A model generated the notes under the pieces. The model was given only the letters and a program-made list of their open reading frames with translations. It was not told where the DNA came from and did not search any database. From assembly GCA_964485795.1 (NCBI GenBank), contig CAZAJQ010000003.1, forward strand, positions 37,779-51,522: a stretch of DNA of 13,744 bases. The letters are read 5' to 3'. The stretch is from an uncultured Gammaproteobacteria bacterium (lineage in GTDB: Bacteria > Patescibacteriota > Patescibacteriia > VMEV01 > CAZAJQ01). The position numbers and the translations under genes are program-made. This document shows, one piece after another, positions 1 to 7,063 of this stretch. Every line of letters begins with the position of its first letter. Within the stretch, counting starts at the first letter, position 1.

Positions 1-711
1 CAAAACCCCCTTTTCACCGAGTTCGTAGAGACGATTGAAATCCGTGGGTTGCTCATTGATCGGCGTAAAATCAAACTTGTAATCCCCGGTATGGACGATG
101 GTGCCGACCGGAGTGCGCACGATCACGGCGAAAGAATCGGGTATGGTATGGTTGACGCGGAAAAACTCAACGGTGAAATTTTGTCCGAGTTTGATTTTTG
201 ATTGCTCATTGATTTTCGTGATGTTGAGTTTGGGAAGATTTTTGTATTCCTCATGGCGTTTTTTGATGATTTCCGAGGACAAAACGCCGGTGTACATGGG
301 AGGATTCCCAAGTTCGGGCATGAGATGCGGGATGGCTCCGATATGGTCAAAATGTCCATGGGTGATGATGACGCCGCGGATCTTTTTGGTTTTTTCCCGA
401 AGTGAAGAGATGTTGGGAATGATATAGTCGATTCCCGGCATGTTTTCTTCCGGAAATTGCAATCCCATGTCAATGATGATGATGTCGTTTTCGTATTCGA
501 GCACGGTCATATTTCTTCCCACTTCTTCGAGCCCGCCCATGACGGTAACCTTAAGCTTGTCTTTTGCCGTTTCGACGGAAAGCGGTTTATGCTGCCGCTG
601 AAAGTGCGGATGAGAAGGATGCGGACGAGCCGTTTTCTTTTTTGTTTGCGAAAATCTCGGGCGGCCGTGTTTACGGAAAGTATTGGCGGTGCTGAATTTT
701 TTTTCTGTCAT
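1..711 (-). CDS. rnj: Ribonuclease J (metallo-beta-lactamase / beta-CASP family), N-terminal 237 aa; the C-terminal part lies beyond the left edge
   Basis: Absent from the ORF track because there is no stop in the window. The hand reverse-complement translation from ATG (711-709) stays open to base 1: MTEKKFSTANTFRKHGRPRFSQTKKKTARPHPSHPHFQRQHKPLSVETAKDKLKVTVMGGLEEVGRNMTVLEYENDIIIIDMGLQFPEENMPGIDYIIPNISSLREKTKKIRGVIITHGHFDHIGAIPHLMPELGNPPMYTGVLSSEIIKKRHEEY...FFRVNHTIPDSFAVIVRTPVGTIVHTGDYKFDFTP. The GGLxEVGxNM opening strand, the HGHxDHIG metal motif and the VNHSIPD-like and HTGDFK-like motifs are RNase J hallmarks. An in-frame stop lies upstream at 756-754, so 711 is the most upstream ATG. Confidence 0.9.
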   Translation of the reverse strand, partial: MTEKKFSTANTFRKHGRPRFSQTKKKTARPHPSHPHFQRQHKPLSVETAKDKLKVTVMGGLEEVGRNMTVLEYENDIIIIDMGLQFPEENMPGIDYIIPNISSLREKTKKIRGVIITHGHFDHIGAIPHLMPELGNPPMYTGVLSSEIIKKRHEEYKNLPKLNITKINEQSKIKLGQNFTVEFFRVNHTIPDSFAVIVRTPVGTIVHTGDYKFDFTPINEQPTDFNRLYELGEKGVL

Positions 712-820
712 ACGTGAACATGATGATGTGCTTGAAAAACAAGCGATATCAGTTAATAAATAATAAACTGTTTTCGCAAAAATAAGCGAAAATGAAGTGT
801 AAAAACTCCCTCAAGTGAGG

Positions 821-2731
821 TTATTTTTTGAAGAGAAGGCGAGTTTTGACGTACCAAAGCTCGAGATCGTTGAATCTGTCTGCCGGAATCACGATGGCAT
901 GATTGTCAAAACCCATAACCTTGGATCCGAGTATGTAGGTGTAGGTGGGGTTGTAGAGAAAAATGGCGGGAATTTTTTCGGCTATGATATTTTGAAATTC
1001 CTTGTATTTTTCTTCTCGCTCGGAAATCGAATTTGCCTGCCTCGCTTCGATGATGAGCTGATCCACGCGTTTGTTGGAAAACAGGGCAAGGTTGAGTCCC
1101 GGGTTATTGATTTGCGTGCTATGCCAAAATGGGAAGGGATCCGGGTCATAGCCGATGATTTCCCCGTACATCAAAGCTTCATAATTTTTTTTGCGGATGA
1201 TGTCTTGATGGATCTGCTGCGGAGCGACGATTTCCAGAGTCACTTCGATGCCAAGGGCATTCCACTGTTCCTTGATGATCTCAGCGGCCTTTACGTTTTC
1301 CGGAAGGTCAACCGTCGTGAGCGTCACCCGCAAGGCTCGCTCGCTTTTTTCCCTGTAAAATGCCAGATCATTGCTTGGAATGACCTTTTCGCTGAAGGTG
1401 CTTCCCTCATCCTTGGCGATTTTTTCGAGACGTTTTTTTTCGAGCTCAAAAAAACGTTCGTAGGAAATGCGCGGATAATCCTTGTCCAATATCGAAAGCG
1501 CCGCTGCAAGATCATAGGAGTACTTCTCCACGCCTTCAAAATACCCGAGAAAATCCGGCAAAATCGGTGAATGGATTTCCGTACCTTCATTGTCCAGCGC
1601 TTCTGAAACGATTCTTTTTTTATCGATGCCGTAAGCCATAGCCTTCCGAAGCGCGATATCTTCAAGCAAGGTGTTTTTCGTTTGGTTAAAAAAAATCGCG
1701 TTTACTTGAGGCTGGCGCAAGGTCTTCACCGCTATGTTTTTATTTTGGATGCCGGGCAGCAATTTTTTTGGAATATAGCTCAAGCCTTCCACGGTTTTGT
1801 TGTTGATGGCTGAGAGGGCATCTTCGATGGTTGAAAAAAATTTGAAGGTAAAAAATTGCAAGTAGGGTTTTGTTCCATAAAAATTTTCAAAACGTTCAAG
1901 ATGATACGATTTGAGATCTCCGGTTTTTTGATCCTTGAGAAGTTTTGAAAATTTCCACGGTCCCGAACCGATGGGTTTGACATTGAGCTCGGTAAGCTTG
2001 AAATTTTGCGGTTGCGTCTGGGACCAAAGATGCTTGGGTAAAATACCAAAGGTCATGAGCGATGGAAAGGGGGCAAAGGGCTGATCAAGTCGAAACTCCA
2101 CGGTCAACTCATCGATCTTTCTGATATGCACGCCTTGGAAACTTTGAAAAAGCGGGCTTGCGATGCTCGGATCCATGATGCTTTCAAAAGTAAAGACGAT
2201 ATCATCGGCCGTGAGTTTGTTCCCGTCATGCCAGAGAATATTGTCTTTGAGGAAAAAAGTATACGTGGAAGCGTTGTCGGAAATCTCGTATCGTGACGCC
2301 GCGTCAAGCATGAGTTCTTGATTTTGATATTTCATGAGTCCGGAGAAGATGAGATGCGTGAGATCTCGATCGGGTTCGTTCGCAAAGGCCAGCACGGGAT
2401 TGATGTACTGCAGTGTTCCGATCAAGCCCTCGACATATTCTCCGCCTTGTTTGGGAGCCGATTCGACGCGCAGGGAAATTTGATAGCCGATCAAAAACAG
2501 CGCGGACAAAACAAAAGCCACCAAGGACCACACCAATGCAGTATGTTCTTTGGCTGACAGTACGAGGGAAAGGTATTTGAGCTGGCGAAAGCGCGGAATT
2601 TTTGACGAGGATTTCAGCGAGAATACGAGTTTTTGATCGAATTTATTCTGAAGCTGAATTCTGTCCATTTCCGCACTCTGAACCGAAGACTGTTTTTTTT
2701 TTGAAAACAGCGAAAAAATCTTTTTTGCCAT
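821..2731 (-). CDS. ABC-transporter family-5 solute-binding protein (peptide/nickel/oligopeptide-binding, OppA/DppA-like) with an N-terminal transmembrane anchor
   Basis: The track ORF is 821..2800 (659 aa, GTG start). I prefer the in-frame ATG at 2731 (MAKKIFSLFSKKKQ...). GTG at 2800 and ATG at 2669 (MDRIQ...) are alternatives. There is one hydrophobic helix (LVWSLVAFVLSALFLIGYQISL), followed by a ~560 aa domain with SBP_bac_5-like segments (YVEGLIGTLQYINPV, WHDGNKLTADDIVFTFE, GSGPWKF, NPTYTYI). No permease or ATPase genes are adjacent. Confidence 0.85.
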   Translation of the reverse strand: MAKKIFSLFSKKKQSSVQSAEMDRIQLQNKFDQKLVFSLKSSSKIPRFRQLKYLSLVLSAKEHTALVWSLVAFVLSALFLIGYQISLRVESAPKQGGEYVEGLIGTLQYINPVLAFANEPDRDLTHLIFSGLMKYQNQELMLDAASRYEISDNASTYTFFLKDNILWHDGNKLTADDIVFTFESIMDPSIASPLFQSFQGVHIRKIDELTVEFRLDQPFAPFPSLMTFGILPKHLWSQTQPQNFKLTELNVKPIGSGPWKFSKLLKDQKTGDLKSYHLERFENFYGTKPYLQFFTFKFFSTIEDALSAINNKTVEGLSYIPKKLLPGIQNKNIAVKTLRQPQVNAIFFNQTKNTLLEDIALRKAMAYGIDKKRIVSEALDNEGTEIHSPILPDFLGYFEGVEKYSYDLAAALSILDKDYPRISYERFFELEKKRLEKIAKDEGSTFSEKVIPSNDLAFYREKSERALRVTLTTVDLPENVKAAEIIKEQWNALGIEVTLEIVAPQQIHQDIIRKKNYEALMYGEIIGYDPDPFPFWHSTQINNPGLNLALFSNKRVDQLIIEARQANSISEREEKYKEFQNIIAEKIPAIFLYNPTYTYILGSKVMGFDNHAIVIPADRFNDLELWYVKTRLLFKK

Positions 2732-2865
2732 ACTTGAAATTCGGAAGTTGATTGATGCTCGGTACGCTATGAAAAAATCTTTCAGACGATCGATCTGCAC
2801 GCATGGTGCACCGACAGCGTGCAGTCGAAACTTCGGTTTCTCAAATCATCGCATCATTGAACGGT

Positions 2866-3081
2866 TTAGAGAAAAATGAGAAGCGAAGAAGAAACGAAAA
2901 AGAGGATCGAGAAAATCAAAGATACGATAAAGAGAAACTTTTCCGAGCCTCGCTTGGTGGTATGAATGGTATCCGTCCCACCGAAAAGCTCTCCGACGCC
3001 GCTTCCTTGATTTTGTAAAAGGATACTGATGATCAGTATCACGGATGAAGTCATCTGAATCGCATAAATCCATGACTGCAT
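2866..3081 (-). CDS. secG: Preprotein translocase subunit SecG
   Basis: The product is 71 aa with two hydrophobic helices flanking the conserved SecG loop (ILLQNQGSGVGELFGG...). Size and topology are typical of SecG. Confidence 0.85.
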   Translation of the reverse strand: MQSWIYAIQMTSSVILIISILLQNQGSGVGELFGGTDTIHTTKRGSEKFLFIVSLIFSILFFVSSSLLIFL

Positions 3082-3095
3082 AGAAAGATTACGTT

Positions 3096-3124
3096 ACTGT
3101 ACTTAAAATTAAACTTTCTGTCAA
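3096..3124 (-). promoter_or_regulatory. Candidate sigma70-type promoter for secG (proximal)
   Basis: On the minus strand: TTGACA (3124-3119), a 17 nt spacer, then TACAGT (3101-3096). It ends ~15 nt upstream of the secG ATG at 3081, implying a very short leader. This is a motif match only. Confidence 0.35.
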
Positions 3125-3162
3125 TTTCTGACATTCAGACGATAGTGCGCGCTGAAGAGTCA

Positions 3163-3190
3163 ATACTAAAAGATTTTGATTTTTTGTCAA
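3163..3190 (-). promoter_or_regulatory. Candidate sigma70-type promoter for secG (distal)
   Basis: On the minus strand: TTGACA (3190-3185), a 16 nt spacer, then TAGTAT (3168-3163). This is a motif match only. It belongs to a cluster of four ATTGACA/T boxes (see findings). Confidence 0.3.
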
Positions 3191-3386
3191 TGATTTCAAG
3201 GCTGGCCAGACTTATTTTGGATGAGTCGTGTCAATTGAAATATCCGTTTACCTGAAATTTTCATTTTTCCCTTTCGTTTGGCTTGTCTTCGTTCTTGTTT
3301 TGTTTTTGGTTGCGTATGAGGCATGATTCCAAATTTACTGTATGCTCAGCGAGGTCTGTTGTATACTGAGAATATGTTTCAAACGT

Positions 3387-4094
3387 ATGGATCAGAATAA
3401 CCGTCTCAAATCTTCCAAAATACCTTATTTTATTATAGCATTTTTGATTGTCGGAGCAATGTATGCTTTTTTTTCACGGAGAGAAACTCCGAATCAAACG
3501 GAAGCGACGACCATTCCTTCTGAAAATTTTGCTTTGTTGCAGTATCGCGACGTATCCATGGAGGAGTTCGCTCGGATGCTGGATGACGCTCCGCTCACCA
3601 TGGGCAATAAAAACGCACCGATTCGGATCGTCGAATTTTCGGATTTTCAATGCCCGTATTGCGGCAAAGCCTTCCCGATCGTGCGAGAAATGCTTGGCAA
3701 GTATTCGGATAAGGTTTTGTTTGTCTACCGGGATTTTCCTTTGTATGGAGTCAATGAATTTTCCTTTGCGGCATCAATGGCTGCGAGATGCGCCGCCGAT
3801 CAAAAAAAATTCTGGGAATACCATGACAAACTTTTTTTGAATCAGGATAAGATTTCATCGGCAAATATCGACGCGTTCGCGCTGCAGCTCGGATTGACTT
3901 TGCCGAAATTCAAAATATGCATGGACACGGAGAAATATCGACAAGCGGTTCAAAACGATATCGTATTGGGCACATCCATGAACGTCGCCGGCACTCCGAC
4001 TTTTTTCATCAACGGCATTCGATTGCAGGGCGTGGTTCCCAAGGAAGTATGGGAGCAAATCATTGAGAACATCGCGAAGGAGTCCGCCTCCTGA
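3387..4094 (+). CDS. DsbA-family thiol:disulfide oxidoreductase (thioredoxin fold, CPYC active site) with an N-terminal membrane anchor
   Basis: The track ORF is 3342..4094. I prefer the in-frame ATG at 3387 (MDQNNRLKSSKIPYFIIAFLIVGAMYAFF...), which gives a natural signal-anchor. The active-site context FSDFQCPYCGKAF and the C-terminal GTPTFFING (cis-Pro loop region) are classic DsbA/BdbD-like features. Confidence 0.85.
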   Translation: MDQNNRLKSSKIPYFIIAFLIVGAMYAFFSRRETPNQTEATTIPSENFALLQYRDVSMEEFARMLDDAPLTMGNKNAPIRIVEFSDFQCPYCGKAFPIVREMLGKYSDKVLFVYRDFPLYGVNEFSFAASMAARCAADQKKFWEYHDKLFLNQDKISSANIDAFALQLGLTLPKFKICMDTEKYRQAVQNDIVLGTSMNVAGTPTFFINGIRLQGVVPKEVWEQIIENIAKESAS

Positions 4095-4222
4095 TCCTCA
4101 CGATTTTTTCGTCTTCACTTCCCGCGGAAGTTCATGAGAGACTTATTGAGTCTCGCCGTGTGAGTACTCCCACTGAATGCTGTGTACTGAGAACTGAGCA
4201 CGAGAAATAACGATGTAGCCTT

Positions 4223-7024
4223 ATGACGCATGATTCCATCACTCTCAAGGGAGTCCGAGTGCACAATCTGAAAAATATTGACATTTCCATACCGAAAAAC
4301 AAATTGGTCGTCATCACCGGCCTTTCGGGATCCGGAAAATCGTCGCTTGCATTTGACACCATCTATGCGGAAGGGCAGCGACGGTACGTCGAAAGCCTTT
4401 CTTCGTATGCGCGGCAGTTTCTCAATCTCATGGACAAGCCCGACGTGGACGTGATCGAGGGGCTTTCGCCAACCATCGCCATTGATCAGCATTCGGTGAC
4501 GCATAATCCGAGATCCACCGTGGGTACGGTCACCGAAGTATATGATTTTTTGCGACTCTTGTATGCGCGCGCCGGACATCCGCACTGCAACCGATGCGGT
4601 CAGCGGCTTTCAAAAATGACGCTCGATTCGATAGCGAAAAAGATAGCGTCAATGGCTCATGCGTCCGACGTGGCGGTGATGGTTCCGCTTGTTTTTGAAA
4701 AAAAAAACGATTTCAGCGCGATCGTATCCGAATTGTCCAACAACGGCTATGAATGGATTCGCGTCAACGGTGATATTATGTCCGTTCCCGATGCCAAGTC
4801 GAAAGTGATTCGAGATTTTGATCATACGCTCGATATCGTTTTTCAGAAAATAAAAGGGGAAGCCATAGCCGATCTTGCCTATAAGGATCTTTTGACGGGT
4901 TTGAAAGTGGCGCTTGATTTGGGAGACGGCTTTGTTTCATGTCGCGATCTCAAATCCGGACAGGAACGGTTTTTTTCCCTCTATTATGCATGCCGAAATT
5001 GCCAATGGCGGTTACTGTCTTTGGAGCCTCGCAGTTTTTCGTTTAATTCCCCGGACGGTGCCTGTGAAAAATGTTCGGGGTTGGGGATATGCTTGGTCGT
5101 GGATCCGCTGCTCGTGATGCAAAACGAACGCCTTTCCATTTCGCAGGGTGCGGTGCGTCCGTGGGTGAAACTCTATGCGCAGAAAAACGGTCAGCTGAAC
5201 GCTCTGGAAGAGAAACTCGAGTATATCGGTATCCGTACGGATGTTCCCGTGATGCAATTCAGCGATCAAGAAATGAAATGGCTCTTGCATGGAAAAAAAG
5301 ATTTTCAGGGAATCATCGCCGAGCTCGAAGAAAAACATAAAACGACTGCATCGGAGTATGTTCGAAAAGAAATGGAAAGCTACATGCGCGAGCAAACTTG
5401 TCCGCGATGCAAGGGAAAAAGGCTCAAGGATGAGATTTTGAAAGTCACGATTTCTCAAAAATCCATCGCCGATATCGTCAATATTCCGATACATCGTCTG
5501 CTGATGGAGCTAGAAGATTTGGGCGATTCGAAAAAAGATGATGGCTTTGAAAAACATGAGCAAAAAATTTCTTTTCCCATAAAGCGGGAAATCATCAAAC
5601 GTTTGAAATATCTTTCCGAGGTCGGGCTCGGGTATTTGACGTTGGATCGGCCGGCGACGACTTTGTCGGGCGGAGAGGCGCAGCGCATCAGACTTGCGAC
5701 GCAGATCGGCTCGCTCTTATGCGGAGTCATCTATGTGCTGGACGAACCCTCCATAGGGCTTCATCCCGTCGACAATGATAAGCTCATCGCCAATCTGAAG
5801 CATTTGCGTGACATGGGAAATACCGTGATCGTCATCGAGCACGATGCGTCCACCATCGAAGCGGCCGATCACATCATCGATATGGGGCCCGGTGCCGGAA
5901 TATTCGGAGGCAAGGTGATAGCGAGCGGAACCGGCGAAGAGATTCGCAATAACCCTTCCTCGCTTACGGGACAGTACCTTTCGGGCGAAAAAAGCATTTC
6001 GAGGATATCCCAGCTTCGAAAAGGAAACGGAAAATTTCTCAGCGTGCTGGGTGCAAGCGCTTATAATTTGAAAAACATTGACGTGCATATTCCTTTGGGG
6101 ACGTTCGTATGCTTCACTGGGGTTTCGGGATCGGGGAAATCCACGTTGCTTATCGATATTCTCGCCAAATCGCTGAACGCTTTTTTTTATCATGCCAAGG
6201 AAATTCCGGCGAAACATCGGGAAATAGCCGGAAAGGAACACATTGATAAAATCATCCATATCGATCAGTCGCCCATCGGCCGAACTCCGCGTTCCAATCC
6301 GGCCACGTATACCGGAGTATTCACCACCATTCGGGATATTTTCGTGGAAGTGCCGGAATCTCGCATCAAGGGATATTCGGCCGGACATTTCAGCTTCAAT
6401 GTCAAAGGCGGGGGACGCTGTGAACATTGTCAGGGAGAGGGAATGGTGCGAATATCCATGCAGTTTCTGCAAGACGTGTACGTCGTTTGCGAAGAGTGCA
6501 AAGGGAAGCGATATCATAAGCAGGCTTTGGAAGTGTATTACAAAGGCAAAAACATTGCGGATGTGCTTTCGATGAACATCATGGAAGCTCGGGAATTTTT
6601 CCGCGATATTCCCGTGATTCATGAAAAACTTCATACGCTCGACGAGGTGGGGCTCGGGTATTTGCAGCTGGGTCAAAGCGCCACCACACTTTCCGGCGGC
6701 GAGGCGCAGCGCATGAAGCTCGCTTCCGAGCTTTCGCGTCGAGATACGGGAAGGACTTTGTACATTTTGGATGAACCCACCACCGGATTGCACTTTGACG
6801 ATGTCAAAAAGCTCTTGATCGTGCTCGATAAACTGGTGGAAAAAGGAAATACCGTGATCACCATCGAGCACAATCTCGATATCATGAAATGCGCGGACTG
6901 GATCATTGACATCGGTCCCGGAGGAGGGGACGAAGGGGGGCATGTCGTCGCAATCGGAACTCCCGAGGAAGTCGCGAAGAACAAAGATTCTTTCACGGCG
7001 CGCTATCTCCGAAAGGTTTTATAA
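4223..7024 (+). CDS. uvrA: Excinuclease ABC subunit A (UvrA)
   Basis: The product is 933 aa. It has two Walker A motifs (GLSGSGKSS, GVSGSGKST) and two ABC signatures (LSGGEAQR, twice). Zinc modules are CNRCGQ...CPRCKGKR, CRNC...CEKCSGLG and CEHCQGEG...CEECKGKR. The N-terminal HNLKNIDISIPKNKLVVITG and YVESLSSYARQFL segments are UvrA-typical, as is the length. Confidence 0.97.
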   Translation: MTHDSITLKGVRVHNLKNIDISIPKNKLVVITGLSGSGKSSLAFDTIYAEGQRRYVESLSSYARQFLNLMDKPDVDVIEGLSPTIAIDQHSVTHNPRSTVGTVTEVYDFLRLLYARAGHPHCNRCGQRLSKMTLDSIAKKIASMAHASDVAVMVPLVFEKKNDFSAIVSELSNNGYEWIRVNGDIMSVPDAKSKVIRDFDHTLDIVFQKIKGEAIADLAYKDLLTGLKVALDLGDGFVSCRDLKSGQERFFSLYYACRNCQWRLLSLEPRSFSFNSPDGACEKCSGLGICLVVDPLLVMQNERLSISQGAVRPWVKLYAQKNGQLNALEEKLEYIGIRTDVPVMQFSDQEMKWLLHGKKDFQGIIAELEEKHKTTASEYVRKEMESYMREQTCPRCKGKRLKDEILKVTISQKSIADIVNIPIHRLLMELEDLGDSKKDDGFEKHEQKISFPIKREIIKRLKYLSEVGLGYLTLDRPATTLSGGEAQRIRLATQIGSLLCGVIYVLDEPSIGLHPVDNDKLIANLKHLRDMGNTVIVIEHDASTIEAADHIIDMGPGAGIFGGKVIASGTGEEIRNNPSSLTGQYLSGEKSISRISQLRKGNGKFLSVLGASAYNLKNIDVHIPLGTFVCFTGVSGSGKSTLLIDILAKSLNAFFYHAKEIPAKHREIAGKEHIDKIIHIDQSPIGRTPRSNPATYTGVFTTIRDIFVEVPESRIKGYSAGHFSFNVKGGGRCEHCQGEGMVRISMQFLQDVYVVCEECKGKRYHKQALEVYYKGKNIADVLSMNIMEAREFFRDIPVIHEKLHTLDEVGLGYLQLGQSATTLSGGEAQRMKLASELSRRDTGRTLYILDEPTTGLHFDDVKKLLIVLDKLVEKGNTVITIEHNLDIMKCADWIIDIGPGGGDEGGHVVAIGTPEEVAKNKDSFTARYLRKVL

Positions 7025-7063
7025 AACGTGCATGAATTTCATATCCGAAAGAAACAGCAGGCT

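Noticed and set aside
98-717. The plus-strand ORFs 98..427, 202..405 and 457..717, and the minus-strand ORF 123..473.
   Set aside because: The minus-strand frame ending at base 1 encodes RNase J with all hallmark motifs. These ORFs are antisense or out-of-frame overlaps.
808-820. A possible intrinsic terminator after the SBP stop: on the minus strand, CCTC-ACTT-GAGG followed by GAGTTTTT.
   Set aside because: The stem is only 4 bp and the U-run is not immediately adjacent. That is too weak to call, and rnj is probably co-transcribed or has its own promoter in 712-800.
815-1570. A 251 aa plus-strand ORF in the track.
   Set aside because: It lies entirely antisense to the well-supported family-5 SBP gene. 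Its sequence is low-complexity and F/I/L-rich with no recognisable motifs, so it is a shadow ORF.
3342-3386. The longer N-terminus of the DsbA-like ORF as given in the track (MLSEVCCILRICFKR...).
   Set aside because: The extra 15 residues are Cys-rich and atypical. The downstream ATG at 3387 gives a conventional charged N-terminus followed by a TM anchor. This is not decisive without experimental or comparative data, so I note it as an alternative start.
4117-4131. The hairpin ACTTCC-cgc-GGAAGT, 23 nt after the dsbA-like stop, as a candidate terminator.
   Set aside because: The stem is 6 bp with a 3 nt loop, and no U-run follows on either strand. It cannot be supported as an intrinsic terminator.
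4115-4585. A 156 aa minus-strand ORF spanning the dsbA-uvrA spacer and the uvrA 5' end.
   Set aside because: It overlaps the conserved UvrA N-terminus on the opposite strand and has no motifs. It is not credible as a gene.
5717-6943. A 408 aa minus-strand ORF, plus the 5012..5494 and 6673..6996 minus-strand ORFs.
   Set aside because: All are antisense to uvrA, whose protein is unmistakable across this span. They have no motifs and odd composition, so they are shadow ORFs.
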